The notes below the pieces were generated by a model. It saw only the letters and a list, made by a program, of their open reading frames with translations. It ran no database searches and had not been told where the DNA came from. Made by a program: the position numbers and the translations under genes. Below are positions 10,117 to 20,319 of a DNA stretch of 64,000 nucleotides, piece by piece; the first letter of the stretch is position 1; each line of letters starts with the position of its first letter. The DNA is taken from the sequence record DRR723986_22395. One strand, 5' to 3'.

Positions 10117-11169
10117 TCAATCCAACGTTTCTTCTAATTCTTCTTCTTGTAATTTTCTAGGCTGAAAATTTGCAGCCATATGTGCTAATGCGGAAATATG
10201 CTCAGGCGTAGTACCGCAGCATCCACCAAGGATATTTAGCATTCCTTCTTTCAAAAAGTCTCTCACCTGATCAGCCATTTCATTGGCTCCCTGATCATAT
10301 TGACCAAATTCATTCGGTAAACCGGCATTAGGATAAGCACTCACAAAGAATGGTGCTTTATTCGCCAACACTTTTAAATAAGGTCTCAATTCTTTTGCAC
10401 CCAAAGCGCAATTCAATCCTACCGAAAGTAAAGGCACATGGGAAATAGAGATCAAAAATGCTTCAGTAGTTTGACCTGAAAGTGTTCGTCCAGAAGCATC
10501 TGTGATTGTTCCCGAAATCATAATCGGAATACCGCCGTCCTTTGGATCCAAAGGAATATTTCTTTCCTCGTAGACATCTTGTATAGCATACAAAGCTGCT
10601 TTCGCATTTAGTGTATCAAAAATCGTCTCCACTAATATGATATCTACTCCCCCATCTAATAATCCTCTCACTTGCTCAGAATATGCCTCCGCAAGTTGAT
10701 CAAAAGTGATCGCTCGGTAACCAGGATCATTTACGTCCGGAGAAAGCGAAGCCGTTCTATTTGTAGGTCCGATTGCACCGGCTACGAAGCGAGGTTTAGC
10801 TGGGTTCTTTGCGGTGAATTCATCGGCAACTTCCCGAGCCAGTTTTGCCGACTCAAAATTGATCTGATAAGCCAAGTGAGAAAGGTCATAATCAGCCTGA
10901 GCAATCGTGGTAGCGGAAAAGGTATTTGTTTCAATAATATCGGCTCCAGCCTTGAAATATTCTGCATGAATATCCTTGATGAGCTGAGGTTTGCTTAGAG
11001 ACAGCAAATCATTATTACCCTTCAAAGATTTGGGATGATCAGCCAATTCAGGAGTTCTAAAATCCTCTTCACTTAGGGTATATCGTTGAATCATGGTTCC
11101 CATAGCTCCATCGAGTATCAAAATTCTCTGAGAAAGTTGCTGAAGTAGGGATTCCGTTCTGTTTTGCAT
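10117..11169 (-). CDS. metH: Methionine synthase homocysteine S-methyltransferase domain (split MetH, N-terminal part)
   Basis: [28 protein letters not shown] zinc-binding motifs. Confidence 0.93.
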   Translation of the reverse strand: MQNRTESLLQQLSQRILILDGAMGTMIQRYTLSEEDFRTPELADHPKSLKGNNDLLSLSKPQLIKDIHAEYFKAGADIIETNTFSATTIAQADYDLSHLAYQINFESAKLAREVADEFTAKNPAKPRFVAGAIGPTNRTASLSPDVNDPGYRAITFDQLAEAYSEQVRGLLDGGVDIILVETIFDTLNAKAALYAIQDVYEERNIPLDPKDGGIPIMISGTITDASGRTLSGQTTEAFLISISHVPLLSVGLNCALGAKELRPYLKVLANKAPFFVSAYPNAGLPNEFGQYDQGANEMADQVRDFLKEGMLNILGGCCGTTPEHISALAHMAANFQPRKLQEEELEETLD

Positions 11170-11235
11170 ACTGTAGTTTCGTTAATCAAAAAGCGAATCG
11201 AGCAAAACACGGAGAGAAGTACTAAGTACTAGTCC

Positions 11236-11332
11236 GCTCATCTGTTCCCGAATGATCGGGATGGGAGTTAGCACCTTATTTTCAGGTTGCTAAGACGTCG
11301 TAGGGCCCTTCCCTCGGTCTTTCTCGATAAGC
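11236..11332 (-). ncRNA. SAM-I riboswitch (S-box)
   Basis: Minus strand reads GCTTATCGAGAAAGACCGAGGGAAGGGCCCTACGACGTCTTAGCAACC...AAGGTGCTAACTCC...GATGAGC. It has the P1 pairing, kink-turn and GCAACC/GGTGC P3 signatures and lies upstream of the met operon. Confidence 0.93.
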
Positions 11333-11422
11333 AACCCAAAGGTAATAGCATTTTGATAATAAAACAGTAGAATCACCTAAAAGGACTTACTAAAAACAGA
11401 ATCAAATTATCAACTGTGTAAA

Positions 11423-12739
11423 TTACGGTCTTACGCCAATTCCAAAACTCAAATATGGCCCTGCCATAAAACTTGACATGCTGAAATCTCCAAGCTTGTA
11501 ATTTGCCAGAGGAATTTCATACCCTGCAGCTGCAGTGAATACCAGCTTAAAAAGTTTACGCTTTGTCATCGGAATCCCATAATCCACAAAGAGTTCTGGC
11601 TTCATCATCAAGCCACTATTTTTTATGTACCCATCAAATTCACGTTGTTCAAAAAGCTCAGGAAAATCAGGTTTATCAAGTTTAAGGAGAGAATACCGAA
11701 TATTTCCGAATCCTAATCCTGCAAGTGCCCCAACTCCAAAATTTCTATATTCAAGTAAATTATATCCCAAATTCCCATAAATTCTTAAGCTATTTAAAGA
11801 ATGATTTTTCGCTTCATTAGCAGACCCGCTCAAAGCAAGATTATAAAGTTCTGTACCATATAATAAGCGTTCGGTATTTCCCAAAATTCTCAATCCCCAA
11901 TTGGAAGGTGTTCCATCCAAAGAATTTAATCCTACTTCTTCCAACTTCGCATTGAATTCCTTAGCGTTGGTGAAGTGAATCCCTCGTATTAACGAAATAC
12001 TAATACTAGCATCTTTGTAAAAGAAATTTGCGTCAGGAAGTGAAATCCCAGCCCCCACTCTTATAAATGCCCCATTTTGGGTGTTATCAAACGAAACACC
12101 ATTCATGTTCCATTTACCCTGCAAAGGACTGAAAGAATACCCCATTTTGGTGATGAGTTGCAATGCCTCCGTCCTTCCTGGAAGGTCAAAATCATAGCTC
12201 AATTGAAATCCAATTTCCGTTAGAAAATTACCATAGTTGAAAGTCCCCTTTTGAATATCTTTTTTCCGTAGCACAAATCCTTGTTCTGGATTTGCCAAAA
12301 AAGAATCCAATTTTTCAGGATGCTGGGAGGGTAACATCTGAAAATTAAGGAATCCGACACCCAATGACATGTAGTGAATCAATTGAAAACGAGACTCCTC
12401 CGTAAATGCATAGCCAATATTTAATAAAGCCCGGGAAGTTCTGTAATTCATCCTATAATCATCCAACTTACTCACTCCACCTCTATTATGAAGTATATCC
12501 ATACCCAGCACGAAATCATTTATTCTAGTTTGATAGCCTACCCCTATCGTTTGATATCTATTTCTAAGACCCGATAATCCTCGATCTAGGAGTAGTTTAT
12601 CAAATTGATTGAGTTTGCCACCAGAAGTACCGAGAAGAGCATAGAATGTCGGCCTTTTGGTAACTAATTGTTGTCCTTGTGAAGTTGCAACAATGAAAAA
12701 GAAGAAAAAAAGGAAAATATATCTATAAAAAAGGGGCAT
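11423..12739 (-). CDS. Secreted/outer-membrane protein with two tandem homologous beta-barrel-like halves
   Basis: N-terminal signal peptide; both halves start alike (NQFDKLLLDRGLSGL / KEFNAKLEEVGLNSL) and end in amphipathic strands (FIRVGAGISL / YLSFGIGVR). Confidence 0.65.
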   Translation of the reverse strand: MPLFYRYIFLFFFFFIVATSQGQQLVTKRPTFYALLGTSGGKLNQFDKLLLDRGLSGLRNRYQTIGVGYQTRINDFVLGMDILHNRGGVSKLDDYRMNYRTSRALLNIGYAFTEESRFQLIHYMSLGVGFLNFQMLPSQHPEKLDSFLANPEQGFVLRKKDIQKGTFNYGNFLTEIGFQLSYDFDLPGRTEALQLITKMGYSFSPLQGKWNMNGVSFDNTQNGAFIRVGAGISLPDANFFYKDASISISLIRGIHFTNAKEFNAKLEEVGLNSLDGTPSNWGLRILGNTERLLYGTELYNLALSGSANEAKNHSLNSLRIYGNLGYNLLEYRNFGVGALAGLGFGNIRYSLLKLDKPDFPELFEQREFDGYIKNSGLMMKPELFVDYGIPMTKRKLFKLVFTAAAGYEIPLANYKLGDFSMSSFMAGPYLSFGIGVRP

Positions 12740-12807
12740 TGAGTAGTCGGTTTGAAATAAGCTGGTAAAACCCTCAGCTCATAGGCAAAATTAATGCTAA
12801 ACCGATT

Positions 12808-14739
12808 TCAACTTACATCTTTTGCTTTCAGATGTTCAGTTATTTTTCCAAACAAGCCTTCAGGAGTGAAGGGTTTTTCTATAAAATCATTTATACCTAA
12901 ATCTTGTATTTCTGATTTTATTTCTTGGCGAGATGCCGCAGAAAGCACTAAGATGGGTACTTGGTTTTTACGTGGATCTAAGTCTTCCCGAATTAATTTT
13001 GCAACTGATAGACCATCCAGTATGGGCATCTGCAAATCTAAAAGTATGATATCGAAATAAGTTTTCTGAAATTCTTCAATTGCTTCCTGACCGTCTGAAG
13101 TAACGACCAACTTTCCCGTGTGCCAATTTTTAAGGAATTTCTTAATTAGAATTTGATTAACAAGATTATCCTCCGCGACTAGGATTGAAGAATCCTTTAA
13201 AGATTTTTCCTGGTATTCTACCTCTTGAATTTCCTCATTACTTTTTATTTCCACGCTTCTAAATTTCAATGTAAAGTCAAAGATACTCCCCTGATTCAGA
13301 GCAGTAGATACGTTTATTTCAGAACCGTGAAGTTCAACCAATCTTTTTACAATAGCTAATCCAAGTCCTGTTCCACCAAATTTACGGGTAGTATCCGATG
13401 AAGCTTGGGTGAAAGCCTCAAAAATAGAATCAATTTTATCTTCCGGAATCCCTATCCCTGTATCCTCTACACTAAATTTAATTTCACAGGTATCAGAATT
13501 AGCCTTAACGAGTTTCAAAACAGTTCTTACATGGCCACTATCAGTAAATTTGACTGCATTGGAAAGTAAATTGTTAATGATTTGACTAATCCGAACGGAA
13601 TCTCCAATCAACAATTCCGGGATTTCATCATCAATATCGGCCCTGATTTGTAAAGCTTTTTCTTTCGCTTGATATCTGTACGAATGTACTACCCGGTTGA
13701 CTAAAACACGTAAATCAAATCGGGACTGCTCCAAGTCAATTTTCCCTGCATCAATTTTACTAAAATCCAGTAGGTCATTAATTAGGCTCATCAAACTTTC
13801 GGCTGAAAATTTCAGAGTCTTTAAATTCTCCAATTGATCTTCTCTGTGGTTTTCATCCATCAGCAAATGTGTCAAACCAATCACAGCATTCATTGGTGTT
13901 CTGATCTCATGACTAATCATTGAAAGAAATTGAGATTTTACCAGAGAGGCCTTCTCAGCCCTTTCTTTTGCATGAAACAAATCCTTCTGTGTTTGTTTTA
14001 ATTCAGTCACATCTCTGGCAATGCCCGTATAGAATGGTTTTTTTTCTCTTTTTTCAGGCACCATTCTACCATTTGAGCTAAACACCCTAAATGTTCCATT
14101 TTTATGTTTGATGCGAAATTCCAGGTATTGATTACTATCCAAAAAATCGCTGATCTCCCCTCCAAATGATTGGAAAACATCCAAATCCTCAGGATTCAGA
14201 TAGTCTAATAAACTAGTTCCAATCACCTCATCTGCGTCATATCCAAGAAACTGCTTGACATTTGGAGAGATATAATAGATTTCAAGAGTATCAGAAAGTG
14301 AGAAAATAATCTCGGTAGATTCCTCAACGAGAGTCCTGTACTTTTCCTCAGACTGCAATAACTCTTCTCTGGTCTTTGCTAAAATTTCTCCTTCTTCAGG
14401 ATGAAACTTCAATTGATGACCTCTTACGATCAAAAACTTATCAGAGTAGCTTGAAGGAAGATTAGTAAATGACCACTCGTACTTATTGATAGTAAGTTCT
14501 TTAGGCCTAATATTAGTTAGAAATGTATTCTTAGGAACTATGCCTGTTTTAAAAAAAATCTCTAATGAAATAACAACTTCCTCCTCTGTAATACTTCTTC
14601 TCCAATCAAAAGGAATTTCTAGGAAGTGCTCATTAAAGAATTTATTGAAAAAAATAATCTCTTCAGATTCTAGGATAAACAATGGGGCATTTATCTCATT
14701 AAAAACATCTGCAATATCAAACTGATTGAATTGTTTCAT
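12808..14739 (-). CDS. PAS-domain hybrid sensor histidine kinase/response regulator
   Basis: PAS domain, SHEIRTPMN H-box, NLLSNAVKFT, DTGIGI, GGTGLGL, receiver domain with LLDLQMP. Confidence 0.93.
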   Translation of the reverse strand: MKQFNQFDIADVFNEINAPLFILESEEIIFFNKFFNEHFLEIPFDWRRSITEEEVVISLEIFFKTGIVPKNTFLTNIRPKELTINKYEWSFTNLPSSYSDKFLIVRGHQLKFHPEEGEILAKTREELLQSEEKYRTLVEESTEIIFSLSDTLEIYYISPNVKQFLGYDADEVIGTSLLDYLNPEDLDVFQSFGGEISDFLDSNQYLEFRIKHKNGTFRVFSSNGRMVPEKREKKPFYTGIARDVTELKQTQKDLFHAKERAEKASLVKSQFLSMISHEIRTPMNAVIGLTHLLMDENHREDQLENLKTLKFSAESLMSLINDLLDFSKIDAGKIDLEQSRFDLRVLVNRVVHSYRYQAKEKALQIRADIDDEIPELLIGDSVRISQIINNLLSNAVKFTDSGHVRTVLKLVKANSDTCEIKFSVEDTGIGIPEDKIDSIFEAFTQASSDTTRKFGGTGLGLAIVKRLVELHGSEINVSTALNQGSIFDFTLKFRSVEIKSNEEIQEVEYQEKSLKDSSILVAEDNLVNQILIKKFLKNWHTGKLVVTSDGQEAIEEFQKTYFDIILLDLQMPILDGLSVAKLIREDLDPRKNQVPILVLSAASRQEIKSEIQDLGINDFIEKPFTPEGLFGKITEHLKAKDVS

Positions 14740-14980
14740 AGGTTTAGCAACCTCAGGATTTTGATTTATTCAAGAACTAAACTAGATTCACCTTAGATCA
14801 ATTAACTAAAAACAGAGAGTAAAATATATGTATTTATCTTTAGAAATCTTGTGCTGAAACACATCATATGATTTAAAAGTTACATCAACTACATTTTCCC
14901 AATGATCTAAAGAAAACCTTTTATTCCTGAAATTCGTGATCAGATGAGTGCTTATTTTAACTAAAAACTAACTAAAAATA

Positions 14981-15301
14981 ATGATTGTAACTACCACTAA
15001 CTCACTAGACGGTCACAGTGTGGAACAATATCTGGGAATAGTTTCAGGGGAAACTATAATTGGAGCTAACGTTTTTAAGGATTTTTTTGCAAGTATTACC
15101 GACATCGTCGGAGGGAGATCTTCTGCCTACGAGCGCGTTTTAAGGGAAGCAAAGGCAACTGCGATGACAGAAATGGAGATGCAAGCAAGAGCTTTTGGAG
15201 CAAACGCCATCCTCGGAATAGACTTAGATTACGAAACTATACGAGACGGAATGCTGATGGTCACTGCGAGTGGCACGGCAGTAAAAGTTATTAAAATTTA
15301 A
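14981..15301 (+). CDS. UPF0145/YbjQ-family putative heavy-metal-binding protein
   Basis: [12 protein letters not shown]...DIVGGRS...[13 protein letters not shown]...ASGTAV. Confidence 0.9.
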   Translation: MIVTTTNSLDGHSVEQYLGIVSGETIIGANVFKDFFASITDIVGGRSSAYERVLREAKATAMTEMEMQARAFGANAILGIDLDYETIRDGMLMVTASGTAVKVIKI

Positions 15302-15307
15302 ATTTTG

Positions 15308-15332
15308 AGTCCTGAGAAATCAGGACTTTTTT
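15308..15332 (+). terminator. Intrinsic terminator overlapping the stop codon of the convergent gene
   Basis: AGTCCTGA-gaaa-TCAGGACT plus T-run. Confidence 0.7.
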
Positions 15333-15562
15333 AGTTGCTCCAAAACTTTTTCAGCAGTCGTACTCTTACAAAAAACCTCACCGACGATTACATTCGGCGC
15401 AGTTTTGCACATATCCATGCATTTTGTTTTAATCAATTTGCAACTGCCTTTAAGAGGACGTTGGTCCGTCAGGTTTTTTAGTTCCTTGGATAGCTTTTTA
15501 GCTCCTTCCTTTTTACAGTCGGATCCGTTGCATACAAAAATTAGTTTTCTTGGGTGTTTCAT
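15320..15562 (-). CDS. Thioredoxin-like [2Fe-2S] ferredoxin family protein
   Basis: CNGSDC...CMDMC...PNV pattern; ATG at 15562 overlaps the upstream stop codon. Confidence 0.8.
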   Translation of the reverse strand: MKHPRKLIFVCNGSDCKKEGAKKLSKELKNLTDQRPLKGSCKLIKTKCMDMCKTAPNVIVGEVFCKSTTAEKVLEQLKKS

Positions 15563-16815
15563 TAGCCTCCAGAAATAGCCTGCATCATTAATCCACAAAG
15601 GTAAGCTCCATAAGTACCTGCAGCATATCCAAGCACCGCTAAGAGTACACCAACTGGTGCAAGGGAAGCATCAAATGCTGCTGCTACAATGGGCGCAGAT
15701 GCTGCTCCGCCTACATTTGCCTGCGAACCTACCGCGACATAGAAGAATGGTGCTTTAATGATATACGCGACTATCAGCATAATAAGGATATGGAAGAGCA
15801 TCCAAACTATCCCCACTACAAATAATAGTGGATTGTCCAATACGGCTCCCAAATCCATCTGCATTCCGATAGTAGCTACCAATACATAAAGCAACACGCT
15901 TCCCATTCGAGACGCTCCTGCTCCTTCTAGCTTTCGAGCTTTAGTAAAAGATAACAATAATCCGGCAGTAGTGGCGATAACTACTATCCAGAAAAATGCG
16001 GAGTCCAAAGAGTACTGTTTTAAATTGGGGTAATTTTCTCCTATATAGGGAGCTACAAAATCCGCAATCAAATGCGCAATTCCTGTCACTCCAAAACCTA
16101 CTCCTAAGATTATCATTGTGTCAGAGAGAGTAGGAATCTTCATTATCCCCTTCCTGAATTCTTCTATTTTATCACGTAACTGGAAGATTTTCGTGCTATC
16201 CGCCTTGAAAATTTTATCAATTTTATCCGGCTTTGCAGCCCAATAAAGTAATACTGCCATCCAAAGATTTGCCACCAATACGTCTACTGCGATCATCTGA
16301 CTAAACAAGGCTGGACTTGGACCAAAAACTTCCAACATGGCTGTTTGATTTGCCCCTCCTCCTATCCAGGAGCCAGCAATAGTAGAGAGACCTCTCCACA
16401 CCTCCTCAGGTCCGCTTCCTCCCAATAATTCTGGGAATAGAAAACCTACAGTCATCAATGCGAGCGGACCACCCAGCATAATCCCGAGAGTTCCAGCCAA
16501 AAACATCGTTAATGCCTTTGGCCCTAATTTCAAAATTCCTTTGATATCTATACTAATCGTGAATAACACCAAAGAGGCAGGGAGTAAGTATCTACTGGCA
16601 ACTTTATAAAGTCCGGAGCTCTCTCCCGATATTAAGCCAAAAGAGTTGGCAAGGGCAGGAATAAAATAGCAAAGCAAAACTGTAGGTACTATCCCATAGA
16701 ATTTCTTCCAAAATGGCTTATCACTAGCTGAGGTGGCAAAAATCGCAGCAAGAATCGCCATCAGCAATCCAAAAACTACAGCATCATTTGTAAGCAAAGG
16801 GGTATTTTCTTCCAT
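15562..16815 (-). CDS. DUF819-family integral membrane protein
   Basis: Many TM helices; GSWIGGGANQ and SQANVGG motifs. Confidence 0.85.
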   Translation of the reverse strand: MEENTPLLTNDAVVFGLLMAILAAIFATSASDKPFWKKFYGIVPTVLLCYFIPALANSFGLISGESSGLYKVASRYLLPASLVLFTISIDIKGILKLGPKALTMFLAGTLGIMLGGPLALMTVGFLFPELLGGSGPEEVWRGLSTIAGSWIGGGANQTAMLEVFGPSPALFSQMIAVDVLVANLWMAVLLYWAAKPDKIDKIFKADSTKIFQLRDKIEEFRKGIMKIPTLSDTMIILGVGFGVTGIAHLIADFVAPYIGENYPNLKQYSLDSAFFWIVVIATTAGLLLSFTKARKLEGAGASRMGSVLLYVLVATIGMQMDLGAVLDNPLLFVVGIVWMLFHILIMLIVAYIIKAPFFYVAVGSQANVGGAASAPIVAAAFDASLAPVGVLLAVLGYAAGTYGAYLCGLMMQAISGG

Positions 16816-16872
16816 TTATTCAGAGGTAATAGTTTGCAACAATACCAACATTTGAGTGAAAAGACCAGAATT

Positions 16873-17511
16873 CTACTTTTTTCCGTTTTCCAGAATTTGC
16901 AGAAATTCACTTAATATCATCGCTGTCGCCCCCCAGACCATTTCACGGTCTACTTCAAAATAAGGTGTGTCCAACTGGAAATTGTTACTAAACTCTAAGA
17001 TTTTTTGTTTGCGTATTTCAGGCTCATAAAATGCACTAACGGCTGTTTGTATGATCCGATCTACTTCCTTTTTTTCAGGTACAAAATCAGGCAGCTCTTC
17101 AGTATATCCTAATACTGGGCTTACTAAGAAATTACTAGTTGGTATAAACAAATCACTCATTCTGCCTATCAGCTTGACTTGCTCAGGCTGAATATTGACT
17201 TCTTCCCAAGCTTCGCGTAACGCAGTTTCCACTTCATCTTCATCTTCCTCTTCCTTTTTTCCTCCTGGAAAAGCTATTTGCCCACTATGAACCCCTTGGT
17301 AAACAGGTCTTTTGATTAGGGGAAAAAATGCTTTGTCCTCATTTGGGTAAAGCAATATCAAAACAGACCCTTTACGGTGATTATCAGGTAGTTTTGGATC
17401 AAACCTACTCAAATCGACTGGATTTGGGGACATGGTAAGTTGCGCTTTTTTGCCGGGCAGGGGATGTTTCATTCCATTTACCAACAAATCCAAAACGCTC
17501 TTAAAATCCAT
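16873..17511 (-). CDS. Nudix hydrolase, CoA pyrophosphatase subfamily
   Basis: HSGQIAFPGG...ETALREAWEEV, VWGATA. Confidence 0.9.
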   Translation of the reverse strand: MDFKSVLDLLVNGMKHPLPGKKAQLTMSPNPVDLSRFDPKLPDNHRKGSVLILLYPNEDKAFFPLIKRPVYQGVHSGQIAFPGGKKEEEDEDEVETALREAWEEVNIQPEQVKLIGRMSDLFIPTSNFLVSPVLGYTEELPDFVPEKKEVDRIIQTAVSAFYEPEIRKQKILEFSNNFQLDTPYFEVDREMVWGATAMILSEFLQILENGKK

Positions 17512-17513
17512 TT

Positions 17514-18197
17514 TTAACCTAAATCTATCTGCTTAATTTTCGCATTTATGTAAGAATGCGATTCATATGTCGGAGAAACCTTGGCCAGTTGAAACTGTCG
17601 CAATTCATGATTACCAACATTGATGATCCATGCCATTGGCCTGAATCCTGCTTCTTCTTGAAAATATCCTAACACTAAAAATTCCTCTGAATTTAGCCAC
17701 ATACCATCCTCAAACATCCCGGATGGCCCCATAAATAGTAAGCGTTCTTTCATCCCATCTTCTCTATACCATACAACTTCTGAATCAGGATTTAGAAAAG
17801 GCTCATCGACGGCATCTTGAGCTTCTATTTTGTAACTATAAATATCCATGGTGCCATTGCCAGAAGGATGAGGTATTTGATATGGATAAAGTGGGTCATC
17901 TTTCAAAATTGGATTTCTCTCGGGCATTTCCATAGGATCAATGGAATCAGTCATCATCAATTCGAACTGAGATGCGTTAAACTCCCCAACATCACTGCTC
18001 CAGTGAGTGTACCAATTTTTATTTTGAGCTAATGCCACATCAATAAGCGCCCTGTGGCGACTTATTTCCTCCTCAGCAACAGAACCGTTTTCAAGCCCCT
18101 CATTGGTTTGTTTTTCATTGCTTTCGCAAGCCATCAGTGATAAAAACACAATGCTTAATAAGGCAAAATCAGTAAGTGTAAATTTCAGACTCCTCAT
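17514..18197 (-). CDS. Hypothetical lipoprotein
   Basis: 227-aa ORF with lipobox-like SLMAC after a hydrophobic stretch. Confidence 0.75.
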   Translation of the reverse strand: MRSLKFTLTDFALLSIVFLSLMACESNEKQTNEGLENGSVAEEEISRHRALIDVALAQNKNWYTHWSSDVGEFNASQFELMMTDSIDPMEMPERNPILKDDPLYPYQIPHPSGNGTMDIYSYKIEAQDAVDEPFLNPDSEVVWYREDGMKERLLFMGPSGMFEDGMWLNSEEFLVLGYFQEEAGFRPMAWIINVGNHELRQFQLAKVSPTYESHSYINAKIKQIDLG

Positions 18198-18245
18198 GGA
18201 AGATTTAATTCAGAAGGTTAAGCTAAGTCAGGACGACTAAAAATC

Positions 18246-18276
18246 AAAAAAGGTTGAAACATTGTTCCAACCTTTT
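18246..18276 (-). terminator. Intrinsic terminator on the minus strand with no CDS directly upstream
   Basis: AAAAGGTTG...CAACCTTTT stem; the A-run on + is a U-tract on -. Confidence 0.7.
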
Positions 18277-18514
18277 CCTGCTCTCAAACCTATTAAACCT
18301 ATTGTAGATATTCGTTTTATGAATACCTGCGAAAATTAGAAAATGTTTTCATATACTCCAAACAATCGATTGCGAAAGAATTTCAAAATTATATTTTCCC
18401 AAACAATTTCTTTTATAAACCCTTAAAAATCAATGAAATTATATCTTAGCTGAACAATAAAATATTTTCTGTTTTTTTTGTGCTTTTGCCAAAAGTCTGA
18501 ACCAGACATCCCCT

Positions 18515-20242
18515 ATGCTCAACACACCAATTCAACAAGTCGCTAAGAAAATCCAGATTGGCTTCATGACATACATGGAGCTTTTCAATACTTACACTCG
18601 TTTGGCTCCAAAATATTTCAGTGAAAAAGCTTGGCATGCGACTCATCTGAACAATAAACAGCGTCTTCGGCTATATAAAGATTTACTTTTTCCGCTTGCT
18701 GCAGAATGCACAGAGATGCTTGCTGAAAATGCGACCGATTCTACTATTTGGATGGAAGTAAAAGCTGAATACCAATTATTGATTGCTGATAGGCCGGATA
18801 TTGAGCTTGCAGAGACATTCTTCAATTCCGTAATCAGAAAAAGCTTTCCAAAATTGACTATCGATGATAAGTTGATGTTTGTGATGGAAGGATTTGATTC
18901 CTGTGTAGTTCGAGAATCAGAAAAACTTCTTAGGATCTATCCTTCATTTTTTGGCTTGGAAAAAAACATACGCCAAATCTTGGATGATTATGATTTCGGA
19001 GCCCCATTCATGGACAAGGAGCAAGACATCAAATTCCTGATTGCTGGTGTCCGTAAAGTCATCCTGACCAGGTACCGCGTAGGGCCAGATACTCAAACCC
19101 AAATTTTGAAGTCGGTATTTTACCGAAACAAAGCAGCCTATTTGATAGGAAGGACATTTTTGGGACATAAGTGGATGCCATTTATAATCCCTGTGGTTCA
19201 CGGCAAAAATGGAGTTTTCGTGGATACACTCATTTTTGATCCTAATCTGATGAGTAGCATGTTTAGCTTTACTCGCTCTTATTTTATGGTAGAAGCTGAA
19301 GTTCCATCTCAAATCGTAAGCTTCTTAAGCTCAGTGATTCCGCATAAAAAAGTTCATGAGCTCTATAATGCAATCGGTTTTAATAAGCATGGGAAAACAC
19401 TTTTCTACCGAGATTTTCTTCATCATATGGGACAAAGTGAAGATAAATTTGAAGTAGCTGCAGGTATCAAAGGAATGGTGATGACAGTGTTCACACTTCC
19501 CTCATTGAATATAGTATTCAAGATGATCAAGGACCATTTTGAACCACCAAAAACCATGACACGGCAAGAAGTGAGAGAGAAATACAAGCTAGTTTCTTTA
19601 CATGACAGAGTGGGGAGAATGGCTGACACCCATGAATTTGAACACTTCAAAATCCCTATAGAGCGAATCAGCCAAGACCTGATGATTGAGCTTCGAAAAA
19701 CAGTTAACTCTCTTTTGAAAATCACAGACACACACTTAGTAATCAAACATTTATATACAGAGAGAAGAATGGAGCCTTTAAATCTCTTCTTGGAACATTG
19801 CAGTACCGAAGAAGGGATCAGAGCGGTAGAAGATTATGGTAGATCTATCCTGCAATTGGCACAGGCGAATATTTTTCCAGGAGATATGATGACCAAAAAC
19901 TTTGGGCTTACCCGTCAAAAGCGTGTGATCTTTTACGATTACGATGAGATCGAATTTTTGACAGATATGAACTTTCGCGTCAAACCAAAGGCAGAAACTT
20001 ACGAGCAAATTTATGCTCCGGAACCTTGGTATTCTATTGCCAAAAACGACGTTTTCCCAGAAGACTTCAAAAGATGGATGATAGGAAGAAAGGATCTCAA
20101 AGAACACTTTCTGACATATCATAAAGACCTTTTTGACCCGTTATATTGGCAGGAAGTCCAGCAAAGAATCAATGCAGGAGAATTAATCCATGCCTTCCCC
20201 TACCCTGATGAAATTCGCTTTCGCCCGTATGAAATGATTTAA
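18515..20242 (+). CDS. aceK: Bifunctional isocitrate dehydrogenase kinase/phosphatase family protein
   Basis: AETFFNSV, FYRNKAAY, FSFTRSYF, GFNKHGKT, GIKGMVM, DRVGRMADT, NIFPGDM..KNFG, FYDYDEI. Confidence 0.93.
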   Translation: MLNTPIQQVAKKIQIGFMTYMELFNTYTRLAPKYFSEKAWHATHLNNKQRLRLYKDLLFPLAAECTEMLAENATDSTIWMEVKAEYQLLIADRPDIELAETFFNSVIRKSFPKLTIDDKLMFVMEGFDSCVVRESEKLLRIYPSFFGLEKNIRQILDDYDFGAPFMDKEQDIKFLIAGVRKVILTRYRVGPDTQTQILKSVFYRNKAAYLIGRTFLGHKWMPFIIPVVHGKNGVFVDTLIFDPNLMSSMFSFTRSYFMVEAEVPSQIVSFLSSVIPHKKVHELYNAIGFNKHGKTLFYRDFLHHMGQSEDKFEVAAGIKGMVMTVFTLPSLNIVFKMIKDHFEPPKTMTRQEVREKYKLVSLHDRVGRMADTHEFEHFKIPIERISQDLMIELRKTVNSLLKITDTHLVIKHLYTERRMEPLNLFLEHCSTEEGIRAVEDYGRSILQLAQANIFPGDMMTKNFGLTRQKRVIFYDYDEIEFLTDMNFRVKPKAETYEQIYAPEPWYSIAKNDVFPEDFKRWMIGRKDLKEHFLTYHKDLFDPLYWQEVQQRINAGELIHAFPYPDEIRFRPYEMI

Positions 20243-20319
20243 GATCTGAAGTTTATTTCATTGGTATGCCTGCAACAGTTATTTTTGCAGGCTGGGTTAT
20301 GCCCATAATCACCCACTGA

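Noticed and set aside
10110-10120. metH break read as a pseudogene or sequencing frameshift
   Set aside because: The break falls at the domain boundary, both parts are intact with their own start codons, and split metH is known in Bacteroidota.
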